Source of the DNA: an uncultured Acidobacteriota bacterium
GTDB lineage: Bacteria; Acidobacteriota; Vicinamibacteria; Vicinamibacterales; 2-12-FULL-66-21
Length of the DNA: 64,000 bases
Assembly: GCA_963785755.1 (NCBI GenBank)
Contig: CAWAXG010000025.1
Coordinates: 42,613-106,612, forward strand
Direction of reading: 5' to 3'
The notes under the pieces were generated by a model, which ran no database searches, had not been told where the DNA came from, and saw only the letters and a program-made list of their open reading frames with translations. Positions 39,047 to 50,036 of the stretch are shown piece after piece (the stretch's first letter is position 1; every line of letters begins with the position of its first letter). The position numbers and the translations under genes are program-made.

Positions 39047-39247
39047 CTACTCGGGTTTCACGTTCTCCGCTCTCGGACCCTTCGGCCCCTGACCGATGGT
39101 GAACGAAACACGCTGCCCTTCACGCAAGTCATTGAAGCTGGTCCCGACACAGCCTGACTGGTGAAAGAAATACTCCGTCCCGTCAGCCCCGGCGATGAAC
39201 CCGAAGCCCTTGTCGGTCTTGCGTTTAATAGTGCCGGTGTTTGGCAT
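39047..39247 (-). CDS. Cold-shock domain protein
   Basis: 66 aa; DKGFGFI (RNP1), YFFHQS (RNP2), GPKGPRAENV. Confidence 0.95.
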   Translation of the reverse strand: MPNTGTIKRKTDKGFGFIAGADGTEYFFHQSGCVGTSFNDLREGQRVSFTIGQGPKGPRAENVKPE

Positions 39248-39374
39248 AACGGCTACCGTCTCCAGTCTGCGCCTGTTCCCATGTCGCGCCGCTGAGTATC
39301 GCACGTTTCGCGGGTGCCGACTTCAGTGAGGCGCATGCGTTGAGAATTCTTGCGATCGGGGGTAAAACGGGCCT

Positions 39375-40229
39375 TCAGCGCGCCGCGTCCCCCGACCCGG
39401 GGGTTCCGTCGTCCTTCAGGAGACGGGCCGTCCACAGCAGGCCCCTGGTGACGAGGTCGAGATAGAGGGGGTTGGCGATCATCTCGGTGTTGTGCCCGAG
39501 CGACGTCACGAACACCCGTGCCTTCCCGTGTGTGTTGGTCCAGATGAGCGGGTAGCGCTTCTTCGACTCGACGCTGTAGGCATCGGCCAGCGGCGTCATG
39601 GTCGGCCACACCCGTTCGAGCTCGTACAGCTCCTCGGGGATGGTTTCCCACTTCTGCGACACCCCGCGCATGATCGGATGGTCCTTCGCGACGGTTTCAA
39701 CCGTGAGCGGGCGCTGACTGTCGTGCCGCATGCTGAATGCGCCCATCAGCTCACCCCAGGCTCGTGATTCGGAGCGGCGATAGCTGTGGACCGCCCCGTG
39801 CAGAATCACGGCGCCGACGCCGCTGTCGTGGTGCGCGCGCGCGAGGCGCTCGATCCATTCCTTGTCCACGACGTGCGAGAACGACATGTTGTAAAGGACG
39901 ACATCGAACTGCTTCGTCCAGTCCGTGTTCTTGTGCCGCTCGATGAGCACCTCGGTCGACTTGCCCGCGGTGTGATCAATCGTCCAGTCGATCTTGATCT
40001 TGGCGCGCGCGGACACGCCGGGCGGCACGATCGTCTCCTGCGTCACGAAATCGTGAAACCCCCCGCCTGTCACGTAGAGCGCCCGGAGAGGTGTAGCGGC
40101 TCTTGCTGAGGTGGTCTGCCGCGCGCCGCTGTCCGCGACCACGGCTGAAATGCTGCTGTGGACGGCTGCGGACAGAACCGTCAACGTTGCGGCCGCGAGC
40201 GCTGCTGTGAATCGTCTGCCGTGGTTCAT
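39375..40229 (-). CDS. ThuA-like (trehalose utilisation, GATase1 fold) domain protein
   Basis: VTGGGFHDF, HPIMRG, EELY, RVFVTSLGHN; signal peptide. Confidence 0.88.
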   Translation of the reverse strand: MNHGRRFTAALAAATLTVLSAAVHSSISAVVADSGARQTTSARAATPLRALYVTGGGFHDFVTQETIVPPGVSARAKIKIDWTIDHTAGKSTEVLIERHKNTDWTKQFDVVLYNMSFSHVVDKEWIERLARAHHDSGVGAVILHGAVHSYRRSESRAWGELMGAFSMRHDSQRPLTVETVAKDHPIMRGVSQKWETIPEELYELERVWPTMTPLADAYSVESKKRYPLIWTNTHGKARVFVTSLGHNTEMIANPLYLDLVTRGLLWTARLLKDDGTPGSGDAAR

Positions 40230-40298
40230 GAGGCGATGTGCTCCTTCAATGAGAGACGATTCAGCGCATGACCGCGCGAGAACGGTGCGCCGGCGGGG

Positions 40299-41324
40299 TC
40301 ACCACGTGAACCGGAAGATGACGGCGGTCGAGCGATTCGGATCCGGCCGGTCCGGATCTTCCACCTTGTACCGGTCCGGCACCTTCGTCCACCCGTCGTA
40401 GACGCTGCCGCCGACCATAAACCGCTGGTTGGTGCTCTTCGGCTGGGCCGCCGGTGGCGCGGAGAAGAGGCTGTAGGCGCGCGTGGGTGCGGACGCGCCC
40501 GTCCGATTGCTCCGCGGCACGTACTCGGGGACACCATCGCCGTCGACATCCGCCTGGATCCAGTCGAGACGCAGGAGGCGATGGTAGGTGCCGTCGGCAA
40601 TCATGCCTTTGAGCTGCTCGTTGAACCGCTTGACGATCGATTCGGCGTCCGGCACGGCGCGCCTCACGGCCAGATACAGCGGGCGCGTGAGCAGCGGCGT
40701 CGACCCGACCCGCAGCCGCGTGCGCGCCTCCTTCGCGTAGTGGCTGAGGATGTACTCCACGACGAGCTCGTCCATCAGCGTGTAGTCCACCTTGCCGTCG
40801 AGGAGGAGCCTGAGGCTGTCCTCCTCGGTGCGGGACCGCACGAACGTCGGGCCCGACAGGTCGATGGCGTCTCCGTACGAGTATCCCCCGACGATCGCGA
40901 TCCGTTTGCCCTCGAGGCGGGCGAGCGACGCCGCCGACACGTCGCCGTCCCGCCGGGCGACGAGGATCAGCCGGTTCTCGAGATAGGGCTCCGAGAACAG
41001 CAGCGCCCGCTCGCGCTCCGCGTCCTTCCACGCCGCGGCGCTGCCGGCGTACTGCTCGCTGAACATGGCGGTCGTGAACTGCTCGGGGCCGACAATCGTC
41101 ACGCTGGCCTTGATACCGATGCGGCCGAGAGCGGCGTCGACGAGGTCGAGCGCGAAGCGAGGCTGCCCCGGAGCGTTGGTGAACGGCGACCACGCGGTCG
41201 ACACCAGTCGCAGCTCGGTAGTCTGCGCGAACACCGTGAATGAGAGCGCGGCGAGCGCGAGCAGGACGCCGGTCACGCTCAGCCTGAGGCCGTTCCCACC
41301 CCATCGACCGCTCGAGGAAGCCAT
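40299..41324 (-). CDS. Extracellular solute-binding protein (SBP_bac_3) with extra C-terminal domain
   Basis: WSPF..G..LDLV, ERERALLFSEPY, LLLDGKVDY, MIADGTY; then DVDGDG and a tail ending FRFTW. Confidence 0.85.
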   Translation of the reverse strand: MASSSGRWGGNGLRLSVTGVLLALAALSFTVFAQTTELRLVSTAWSPFTNAPGQPRFALDLVDAALGRIGIKASVTIVGPEQFTTAMFSEQYAGSAAAWKDAERERALLFSEPYLENRLILVARRDGDVSAASLARLEGKRIAIVGGYSYGDAIDLSGPTFVRSRTEEDSLRLLLDGKVDYTLMDELVVEYILSHYAKEARTRLRVGSTPLLTRPLYLAVRRAVPDAESIVKRFNEQLKGMIADGTYHRLLRLDWIQADVDGDGVPEYVPRSNRTGASAPTRAYSLFSAPPAAQPKSTNQRFMVGGSVYDGWTKVPDRYKVEDPDRPDPNRSTAVIFRFTW

Positions 41325-41471
41325 GCCCCGATCTTACTCCCGCTGAGGGCACACGGATCGCGCCTCGCGGCCGGCCGGCCGATCAGCGCTCGGCAACGGC
41401 CGTCGAACCGCGCTACGATGACAGGTCGTCAGCAGCCGGCGTGGCGTCTGACCGATTGCGGAGCCACCCCC

Positions 41472-42476
41472 ATGGGTCAATTTCTCGTGTCGATGACCAC
41501 GGCGATCCTCGGCGTGGTGGCCGCGATCGCCGCCCAGCCGGCCCATGGGTTTCTCGTCAAACCGGCGGGGGCGGCGGTTCGGCTGTTGTCCTGGAACGTC
41601 TATGACAGCTCGATCGTGCCGAAGGAGGGCGAGGTCGTCGATGTTGCCGCCGCCAATCGGCCGGCGCAGTTCGCGCGGGTCCTGCAGGCCGTGCGCCCGG
41701 ACGTCGTGTGCCTGCAGGAAATCACGGTGAGCGTGGCGCAGAGCGAGGCCCTCGTCAATCAGATCCTGCCGCTGGCCGACGGCCAGACCTGGCAGGCGCA
41801 TGCCGCGCTGGACACCGTCATCGTGTCCCGGTTCAATCTCGGCGCCCGCGCGGGTGGCCAGGTGGAATGGGGCGAGCGGCGGCGCGGCCACGCCACTGCG
41901 CTGATCAATACGCCGGCGACCGATCTGTACGTGATCTGCGCCCATTTCCAGTCGAGGGATGGCCCTCAAGACGAGGCGCTGCGGGACCAGCAGGCGCGGC
42001 TGATCGCGACGACGATCCGCGAGGCCAAGGCCGGCGGCGGCGCGATTCCGCTCCGGCCACGCACACCGTTCATCGTGCTCGGCGACTTCAACGCCATCGC
42101 CGGCGCCACGGCGTTCGTCGATTCCATCGTCTCGGGCCGGGCCGCCTATCCCGCCGGCAGTGGGCGCGTCGAGGGCCTCGATTGGGACCGCTCGCCGCTG
42201 ACCGACGCCCAGCCGCGCCATAATGGCTCCGGATCCGCGCGCTACACGTGGCGCAACGATCTCGATCGGTTTTCGCCGGGCATACTCGACCGCATTCTCT
42301 ACAGCGACAGCGTGCTCGCCAGTGTCAACGCGTTCGTGCTCGATACCACGGAGATGTCGTACGACGAGCTCGTCAGGGCGCGCCTGCGCACCATTGACGT
42401 CATGCGCGATCCGCAGGCCGGCATCCACGACCACTTCCCGCTTGTCATCGATCTGGCCGTCCGACGGCCACGATAG
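41472..42476 (+). CDS. Endonuclease/exonuclease/phosphatase family protein, secreted
   Basis: LLSWNV, PDVVCLQE, LGDFN, LDRILYS, DHFP motifs. Confidence 0.9.
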   Translation: MGQFLVSMTTAILGVVAAIAAQPAHGFLVKPAGAAVRLLSWNVYDSSIVPKEGEVVDVAAANRPAQFARVLQAVRPDVVCLQEITVSVAQSEALVNQILPLADGQTWQAHAALDTVIVSRFNLGARAGGQVEWGERRRGHATALINTPATDLYVICAHFQSRDGPQDEALRDQQARLIATTIREAKAGGGAIPLRPRTPFIVLGDFNAIAGATAFVDSIVSGRAAYPAGSGRVEGLDWDRSPLTDAQPRHNGSGSARYTWRNDLDRFSPGILDRILYSDSVLASVNAFVLDTTEMSYDELVRARLRTIDVMRDPQAGIHDHFPLVIDLAVRRPR

Positions 42477-42585
42477 TCCGGCCGCTGCGATGACCGCCCT
42501 GAGCCTCTACACGGGATGGACGGACCCTTGATCACGTGCCACCGGGCCCTGCCAATGACTGGCGATGAATCACAAGGAGAACAGG

Positions 42586-43481
42586 ATGAAAGAAGTTGTG
42601 AAGCTCATGAAGAACCTGAGGGTGCCTGCGGGCCGGAAGGTACGCCTCAAGAAATACGATCCAACGTGGACTGGCCCCGTGAAAGACGCCGCCAAGGGCA
42701 AAGCCATGCTGCAGGAGGGCGTCAAGCGCCTCGCGAAAGAGCAGGCGATGCTCTATGCCCAGGACACCTATGCGGTGCTGGCGATCTTTCAGGCGATGGA
42801 CGCCGCCGGCAAGGATGGCGTCATCCGCCACGTGATGTCAGGGATCAACCCGCAGGGCTGCCAGGTGTATCCTTCAAGGGACCGTCGGCCGAGGAGCGCG
42901 ACCACGACTATCTCTGGCGTTCGATGAAGGCGCTGCCCGAGCGCGGGCGGATCGGCATACACAATCGTTCGTACTACGAAGAAGTCCTGGTGGTGCGGGT
43001 GCACAAAGAAGTGCTCGCCTCGCAACAGCTGCCGGACAAGCTGAAAAAAGGCCAGGGAATCTGGAAGCGCCGGTTCAACGAAATCAACGAATTCGAGCGG
43101 TATCTCACCGACAACGGCACGGTGATCGTCAAGTTCTTCCTGAACGTGTCGAAGGAGGAGCAGCGGCGGCGTTTTCTCGCGCGCATCGATGAAGCGGACA
43201 AGAACTGGAAGTTCTCCATCGCCGACGCGAAGGAGCGCAGGCACTGGGACGAGTACATGCACGTCTATGAAGAGATGCTCGAACACACCAGCACCGAGCA
43301 CGCGCCGTGGTACGTCGTGCCGGCCGACAACAAGTGGTTCACGCGGCTGGCGGTGGCGGCGGTTCTGTGGCAGACGATGGCCGATCTCGACCTGCGATTC
43401 CCGAGGGTGACCGAGCAGAAGAAGCAGGAGCTGCAGGAGGTGCGCCGGCTGCTGCTGGCCGAGGACGGCGCCAAACGCTGA
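42586..43481 (+). CDS. ppk2: Polyphosphate kinase 2 family, class III-like (frameshift near 42870)
   Basis: [10 protein letters not shown] Walker [45 protein letters not shown]. Confidence 0.92.
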
Positions 43482-43526
43482 CGACGCACGGAGCGCGGCT
43501 GGTCCACCCGACGCTGAGGCCCCCGT

Positions 43527-43564
43527 TGGACATGAAAAACTGATGAAAGTATCATTAATTCATG
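43527..43564 (+). promoter_or_regulatory. Promoter/operator of the VapBC-type TA operon, leaderless geometry
   Basis: TGGACA-N17-TATCAT, then 6 nt to the ATG at 43562; inverted repeats CATGAA/TTCATG and TGAT/ATCA. Confidence 0.7.
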
Positions 43565-43795
43565 CCATCGACCATGGTGCAGATCCGCAACGTCCCGCCC
43601 GAGTTCCACCGCCGTCTCAAGGCCCGGGCGGCCATGGAAGGCATGTCGATGTCCGAGTACATCCTGCGCGAGGTCGGCAAAGCACTCGAGCGCCCGACTC
43701 GTGCTGAAGTCCTGGAGCGATTGCGGACGCGGCCGGTCCGCCGGCTGAAGCGCAGCGCGGCAGACGTGATCAGGGCGGAACGCGACGCACGGTGA
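43562..43795 (+). CDS. FitA/VapB-like ribbon-helix-helix antitoxin
   Basis: MVQIRNVPPEFHRRLKARAAMEGMSMSEYIL; GTGA overlap with the PIN toxin. Confidence 0.9.
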   Translation: MPSTMVQIRNVPPEFHRRLKARAAMEGMSMSEYILREVGKALERPTRAEVLERLRTRPVRRLKRSAADVIRAERDAR

Positions 43796-44194
43796 TCGTC
43801 TCGACGCGTCCGCGTTGGTGGAGCTGATTCTCGACACGCCCAACGGTCAGCTCGTGTCCGACCGGATTGCCGATCCGGCCGAAGGTCTGCACGTCCCCCA
43901 CCTGGCGGATATCGAAGTCGTCCAGGCGCTGGTCGCTACGTCCGCGAGGGCGACCTCGACGCGGATGCTGCAGACGTAGCGTTGGACGATCTGCGGGTGC
44001 TAGACCTGCAGCGACACGCGCATGAGCCGCTGCTGGATCGCGTGTGGGCACTGCGCAAGAATCTGACCGCATACGACGCGGTGTACGTGGCGCTCGCGGA
44101 GGTGCTGGACGGTGTCCTGCTGACGTGTGACCGCCGACTGTCACAGGCGCCCGGTATGGGTCGGCGCGTTGTCCTGATCGAGACCGCCCGCTGA
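43792..44194 (+). CDS. vapC: VapC PIN-domain toxin (frameshifts near 43800 and 43933)
   Basis: MIV(L)DASALVE, PHLADIEV, NLTAYDAVYVALAE, LLTCDRRL. Confidence 0.88.
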
Positions 44195-44211
44195 CAGACA
44201 CCGCTCAACAG

Positions 44212-45645
44212 TCAGCGCGGCAGCAGACGCTCCACGAGCGGCTCGCCGAGCGTGACGCTGGCGCGATGCGCGTCGGCCAGCGCGGTCAGGTCCCGAACCA
44301 CGTCGGGATTCGCGGCCGCGACGTTCCAGCGTTCGCCCGGATCGGTCCCGAGGTGGTACAGCTCCGGCATGTCGTGCACGACGCGCCCGGGGCCGCGTCC
44401 GTAGACGCCGCGCGTGATGAAGTGCGCTTTCCACGGCCCCTTCCTGAACGCGAACAGCTCCTGACTGCGCCAGAACGCGAACGTCTCGCGCGGGCTTCTT
44501 GCACCCTTGAGGAGGACGGCGGACAAATCGACCCCATCGAGCGTGCGATCGCCGCCGAGCGGCGTGCCCGTCAAGGAGGCGATCGTCGGCATCAGATCGA
44601 GCACGGCGCCGATCTCACCCACTGTCTGCGGCGTCACCCGGCCCGGGGCCCAGAAAATCGCCGGCACGCGCCAGCCGCCCTCGAACGTCCCGCCTTTGCC
44701 CTCTCGCAGCGGTCCCGCCGATCCGCCCTGCTCGTCATACAGGGTCCACGGTCCGTTGTCGCTCGTGAAGATGACGAGCGTCCGTCGATCCAGTCCGGAC
44801 TTGCGCAACTCCGTGACGATTTCCCCCACACTCCAGTCGAGCTCTTCGACCACGTCGCCGTAGAGGCCGGCGGCACTGCGACCCGCGAACTCTCTCGAGC
44901 GGAACAGCGGCACGTGCGGCATCGCGTGCGCCACGTAGAGGAAGAAGGGCTTGTCGCGATGGGCCCGAATGTAGCGGACGGCTTCCTCGGTGTAGCGCTT
45001 CGTCAGGGTGTCCTGCTGCACCGGCTGCTCGACGACCTGGCCGTTCCGCAGCAGCGGCACGGTGTAGTTCTCGGAACGCGGTTGGCGGTTCGTATCGCGG
45101 CCGCCTTTGACACCCTCGGCAACGCCCATGTCGTTCGAGTATGGCAAGCCGAAGTGCAGGTCGAAGCCCTGGCGCCCGGGGAGAAACTCCGGGAGGTGTC
45201 CGAGATGCCACTTCCCGATGATGGCGGTGGCATACCCGCGGTCCTTGAGCATCTCTGCAATCGTCACCTCATCGTGCGGCAGGCCGGCTGCTGCCGACAC
45301 GGTGAAGACTCCCGGCGAACTGCCCGGCCCGGTGTCCGGCGGCTCGCGCCGGTAGACACCGCTGCGCACCGGCTGGCGTCCGGTCAACAACGCCGCCCGG
45401 CTCGGCGAGCACACCGTCGCGCCCGCGTAGAAACTGGTCCACCGCTGTCCTTCCCCCGCCAGCCTGTCGAGGTGCGGAGTTCGGATCGTGGGATGCCCGT
45501 AGCTCCCGAGATCGCCGTAGCCGAGATCGTCCGCGAGAATGATGATGACGTTGAGCGGCGGAGTGACCTGCGCGTGGCCGAACGTGACTGCCGCGATGAG
45601 CATGGCAGCGGCGGTTACGACAGCGCGCAGACTGCGGCCCGGCAT
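44212..45645 (-). CDS. Sulfatase (arylsulfatase A-like, Cys-type)
   Basis: ADDLGYGD, CSPSRAALLTGR, GKWHLG, FTSDNG. Confidence 0.95.
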   Translation of the reverse strand: MPGRSLRAVVTAAAMLIAAVTFGHAQVTPPLNVIIILADDLGYGDLGSYGHPTIRTPHLDRLAGEGQRWTSFYAGATVCSPSRAALLTGRQPVRSGVYRREPPDTGPGSSPGVFTVSAAAGLPHDEVTIAEMLKDRGYATAIIGKWHLGHLPEFLPGRQGFDLHFGLPYSNDMGVAEGVKGGRDTNRQPRSENYTVPLLRNGQVVEQPVQQDTLTKRYTEEAVRYIRAHRDKPFFLYVAHAMPHVPLFRSREFAGRSAAGLYGDVVEELDWSVGEIVTELRKSGLDRRTLVIFTSDNGPWTLYDEQGGSAGPLREGKGGTFEGGWRVPAIFWAPGRVTPQTVGEIGAVLDLMPTIASLTGTPLGGDRTLDGVDLSAVLLKGARSPRETFAFWRSQELFAFRKGPWKAHFITRGVYGRGPGRVVHDMPELYHLGTDPGERWNVAAANPDVVRDLTALADAHRASVTLGEPLVERLLPR

Positions 45646-45854
45646 CGGGGGACGACCCAGCTCACAGGGACCAGCCATCGGACCTCCGCGGGAGCAGCAT
45701 TGCCTCATTCGTCCGGCACGGGAAATTCAGGCGGCGGAGAAAATGCGGGACGGCGCTCGCGCCCGCGCAGTTTACCTCGTCGGCCGGCGAGAACCATCGC
45801 GGCCCGGCCTTCGTGACCCGCCTTTTTACAAACCACCCGGCTTTCACATAGCCT

Positions 45855-47106
45855 GTGCCTGTGCAGGTTCGCCGCCGTCGGTCATTGGTGGTCATGCTCT
45901 GGGCGAGCGTGTCTTCGATCGTTGCCGCGCAAACACTGCCGGGCGAAGAAGGCTTCGCGTCGGAAGCCGAATGGACGCGCGCCCCCTTTGAGATCAACCA
46001 GTGGGTGCGCGCGTTCGTGCAGGCCGGGGCCGGGTTCGAGAGCCTCGAGCGCGATCGGGCCGTCCGTGAGCTGCGGCAGTACCACGCGTTCATTGATGAT
46101 TACCGCCGCGGCAACACCGAGGGCCTCAAGCAGCTGGCAGGCTGGGACAAGAAGCGCATTCAACGGGTCCTGGCCTCAGTCGAGACCACCAAAGACCCCA
46201 TGCGGCCGTGGAGCGCCGTTCGCTTCAAGGCAGCCGTCATGATCCATACCGACCTGGCGCTGGATCTGCTGGAAGGTTCGGAGATTGAGACCGCCCTCCT
46301 GCACCTCGATGTCGCGAGCCAGCTGTTGAAGAAGGCTGGCCCGGACGGCCAGGACCATGTCGGCCGCTGGTACCAGGCTGTCGTCGGACGCATGCGCAGC
46401 CGGAACAGGCTGCAGGTCGCCGAACAATTCCTCGCATCCGGCCGCGATCGGTGGCCGCGCGACCCGATTGTGCTGTACGAGAGCGGGACACTCGAGGAGT
46501 TCTTCGCCGGTGACACGTCCTTGCCAACTGTCGTCAACGTGGCAGCTCCCAGGACGACGAGCTCGGCGGCGGCGATGACGTCCGCCCCGGCGACGGCACC
46601 GCTCCCGCGCGGCGCCGTCGACGCCCTCAAGCGGCATCGGCTCTCAGTGCTCAACCGGGCGGCAGGATGGCTTCAAGAGGCGCTCAAGCACGATCCGTTG
46701 AACGTGCAGGCTGTTCTCCATCTCGGCAGAGTGCAGATGCTCCGGAATCATCACGCGGAGGCTCTGGAGTTGCTGGGGCAGGCGTCTCGATCCAGCAATC
46801 TCGCCGTCGCGTATCTTGGCCTGCTGTTTACCGCCGCCCTGCACGAGCGGCAGGGCCGCCAGGACGACGCTCGACAGGCGTACGGCGACGCCATTGCGAT
46901 CTATCCGCTCAACCAGGCGGCGTACATCGGACTGAGTGCGTTGCTCCAACGCACCGGGCGCGGCGATCAGTCCCGCGCGCTCCTGCGTGGCGTCGTGGAT
47001 GCTGAGACCGGCAAGCCGGCGGGAACCCTGGTGGACCTATTTCCAGGAGCCATCGGCGGTTGTGCTCGCACGACTGGAAGCGCTTCGTCAGGAAGTACGG
47101 CAGTGA
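45855..47106 (+). CDS. TPR-containing protein (frameshift near 47010)
   Basis: TPR helices (LHLGRVQML...); the likely C-terminus EPWWTYFQEPSAVVLARLEALRQEVRQ* is in another frame, ending at TGA 47104-06. Start codon uncertain. Confidence 0.7.
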
Positions 47107-48023
47107 GGACCGCCGTCGCCGCCGGGCTCGCCGTTCTCTCCTTCACCGCCGCCGCGGCGCAGCAGACGTTTCGCGTCAGCGTCGACGCGGTGCGCGTCGA
47201 TGTGCTGGTCCTCGACGGCAATCGCCCCGTCGGCGGACTCACCGCGGCGGACTTCGAGCTGTCGGATTCAGGCGTCGCGCAGCGCATCGACGCGATCACG
47301 TTCGAGGACGTCCCCCTCAGCGTGATGCTGGTGCTCGACGCCAGCGGCAGCGTGCGCGGCGCACCGCTCGAACATCTGAAACAGGCGGCAGCTGCCGTGA
47401 CCGGCTTGCTGAAGCCCGGCGACCGTGCCGCGCTGTTGACGTTCGCTGAAGAAGTCGATCTGTCCTGCGACTGGACCGCCGACCGCGAACGACTGGAACG
47501 CGCGATCGCCGGCACCGAAGCAGCCGGCAGTACGGCACTCCACGACGCCTCGTTCGCCGCGCTGACGCTCAAGGATGCACAGGCCGGCCGCGCCCTGGTG
47601 CTCGTGTTCAGCGACGGTGACGACACCTTGAGCTGGTTGTCCGGCCAGACGGTCATGGAGGTCGCGCGGCGCAGTGACGCGGTGGTCTACGGCGTGGGAC
47701 TGCGCACGGCGTCAGTCGCCACGCTCGGGTATCTGGTTGATTTCCGATCGGGTCTCCAGCCCGACATCCCGGCCGTGGTTCCTCCTCTCCTCCTCCAGCG
47801 GTTTCTTCCCGCGCTGGCCGAGGAGACGGGCGGGAAGTACCTGGAGGCCGAACGCAGCGATCGGTTGCGCGACGTATTTGTCCGGATCCTCACCGAGTTT
47901 CGCAGCCGCTACCTGCTCACCTACACACCGGCAGGCGTTGACGCGGGCGGCTGGCATCCGATTCAGGTGAAACTCAAGAACAAGAGAGGCAACGTCACCG
48001 CCCGCCGCGGTTATCTGCGGTGA
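47103..48023 (+). CDS. VWA domain protein, acidobacterial type
   Basis: GTG overlapping the upstream TGA, its own signal peptide, QTFRVSVDAVRVDV, MIDAS DASGS, TALHDA, FSDGDD. Confidence 0.88.
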   Translation: MRTAVAAGLAVLSFTAAAAQQTFRVSVDAVRVDVLVLDGNRPVGGLTAADFELSDSGVAQRIDAITFEDVPLSVMLVLDASGSVRGAPLEHLKQAAAAVTGLLKPGDRAALLTFAEEVDLSCDWTADRERLERAIAGTEAAGSTALHDASFAALTLKDAQAGRALVLVFSDGDDTLSWLSGQTVMEVARRSDAVVYGVGLRTASVATLGYLVDFRSGLQPDIPAVVPPLLLQRFLPALAEETGGKYLEAERSDRLRDVFVRILTEFRSRYLLTYTPAGVDAGGWHPIQVKLKNKRGNVTARRGYLR

Positions 48024-48050
48024 TTCTGCTCGAAGAGGTCCAATCGATTC

Positions 48051-49944
48051 TCACCGCAGGTCGAGCTCGCGCGAGTCGACGCCGCCGCGTGTCGAGGCGA
48101 CCGTCAGCTTGATCGGGCCGGCCCCCTTCACCTGCCACTTCACGCTTCGCTGCTCGCCCGGCTTCAGCCAGTCGATCTCGATCGCCGCCCGCTGGCGCGG
48201 TTGACTGCCGGCTGGCTGGACCAGCTCCTGACCTTTTCCGAGCGTGATGGTGCAGCTGTCCGGACGCACCATTTTCACGCGTCGCGCGATCTCGAGCGAC
48301 GTCGGCATCTTCCCTTCATTCGTCACGCTCAGCTCGACGTCGAACACCGCGTCGGTCGATCCGGACTTCTTTGCTGCCGCGGACAGGATCCGGACCTGCG
48401 GGAGTTGCTGCGCCAGATAGAGATTGAACATCGCCTCGTTGCGTGCCCAGGTTTCGAGCATGTCGGGCGGCGGGTTCTGCGAATAGAACTTCGGGTTGAA
48501 GCCGCCAATCTCGACTTTGCCGAGCGCCGGATGCTCGAAGGCCGCCCAGTCCTTGAAGTCTCCCTTGCCCGGGCGGTTCTCGTCGTTCCATCGCAGCACT
48601 TCCCACTCGTCGTACCGGCCGTCCTTGTCGTAGTCGACGAAACGACCGCCGTTCCAGATCTCGTTGCCGTACCAGACGGTGCCGTAGTACCGAGTAGCCG
48701 AAATCCGGCCCGTGGCCGAACAGCGGCTGCGGGCGCGCCGGCTCGCCGGTGATCGGATTTGCGCCGCCACGGGTGGCATACACGTGAAAGGTGTCCCCGG
48801 CCCACGGATATCCCGTAATCTCGAGCCCCTTGGCATCGAATTTCCGAATCAGCTCGAGGTCCGCGGCGAACATCGTCTCCTCACTCTTGCTGGTCGACGG
48901 CCCGCGCAGGATCATCGGCACGGCGGTATCGAGCGACTGCACGATCGCGACGTTCGGATGGGTCATCAGGAACATGAAGACGGCGCGCGTCTCCGGCTCC
49001 GACAGCGGATAGTCGCCGGCGCCGCCCTGTGTCTGGCCGCGCCCGGTGTCCTCTTTCATCGGGCGCCAGTTCTCCGGGTAATTCCGGTGCAGATCGAGGC
49101 CGCCGATACCGTCCTCGTTGTAGCGGCCGTCGCCGTCGCTGTCGACGCCCTCCGCATAGACCTCGTAGTCTCCTTCGTTGTCCCGCACGCGGCGCATCGC
49201 GCGACCCTTGGCATCTTTCGGGTCCTTGATGAAACTCCCTTTGCCCTTGCCGACGAATCTGCGCATCGAACGGATGAATCCGTCGTCGTCGAGATCCTCG
49301 CCGGCGTCCTCGTCCAGCAGTCCGTCGTCGTCGCTGTCGTGGGGACGGACGGTGCTGCGCAGGGTCTGCGCCGTCAGGTGATACAGCGTCGCGCCGTCGG
49401 GATTGTTCATCGGCCTGGCGTAGATGGTCTTGGAGTCGACGAGCTTCGTGATCTCGCCGTCGCGGCCGTAGCTGGTCAGGACGTGATTGACGAAATACAG
49501 CGTCGCCTCGATGCCGCTGATCTCGCCGGCGTGACGGCCGCCCTCGATGAACAACGCCGGACGATCGACGTGCTTCGCCTGCTTCTTGTTGGCGATGGTG
49601 ATCTGCCAGATGTCGCGGCCTTCGAACGACTGCCCGACGGAATACAACTCGACGAGGTCCGGGTATCTGGCGGCCCAGCCCTTCAGCAGCCCGACGGTCT
49701 CGTCATAGGTATGGAAGTGGGCAAAGTCGATTTCACCGGCGGCCTTCGGTTTCATCTGGGGGTAATCGACGCGCAGGAACGCAGACGCGCCATCGCGCGC
49801 GCCGCTCACGCGGTGCATCGGCCGCGGCTTGGCTTTCCCCGCGCCGGTGGCGGAGTCCTGCGCGGAGACCACGACGAGCGCTGCGCTCGAACACATGGCG
49901 GCCAGCGTCATCCACAATCGCGATCGCGTCGTGACCATATTCAT
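48051..49944 (-). CDS. M14 family zinc carboxypeptidase (frameshift near 48690)
   Basis: GQSFEGRDIW, GGRHAGE, NPDG, LDLHRNYP, SEPET; acidic DxDxDG loops. Confidence 0.88.
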
Positions 49945-50036
49945 CCCGGACCTCCAACGACCTGCCCCCGCGGAGTGCGTAAGGATTATATGGGGCCACG
50001 ATCTGTGTCCGAAGCGCGACAGCAGGCATGCGCTCG

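Noticed and set aside
42860-42880. Programmed ribosomal frameshift in ppk2 or other split genes
   Set aside because: No slippery heptamer or stimulatory structure; indels are scattered across unrelated genes, pointing to sequencing error.
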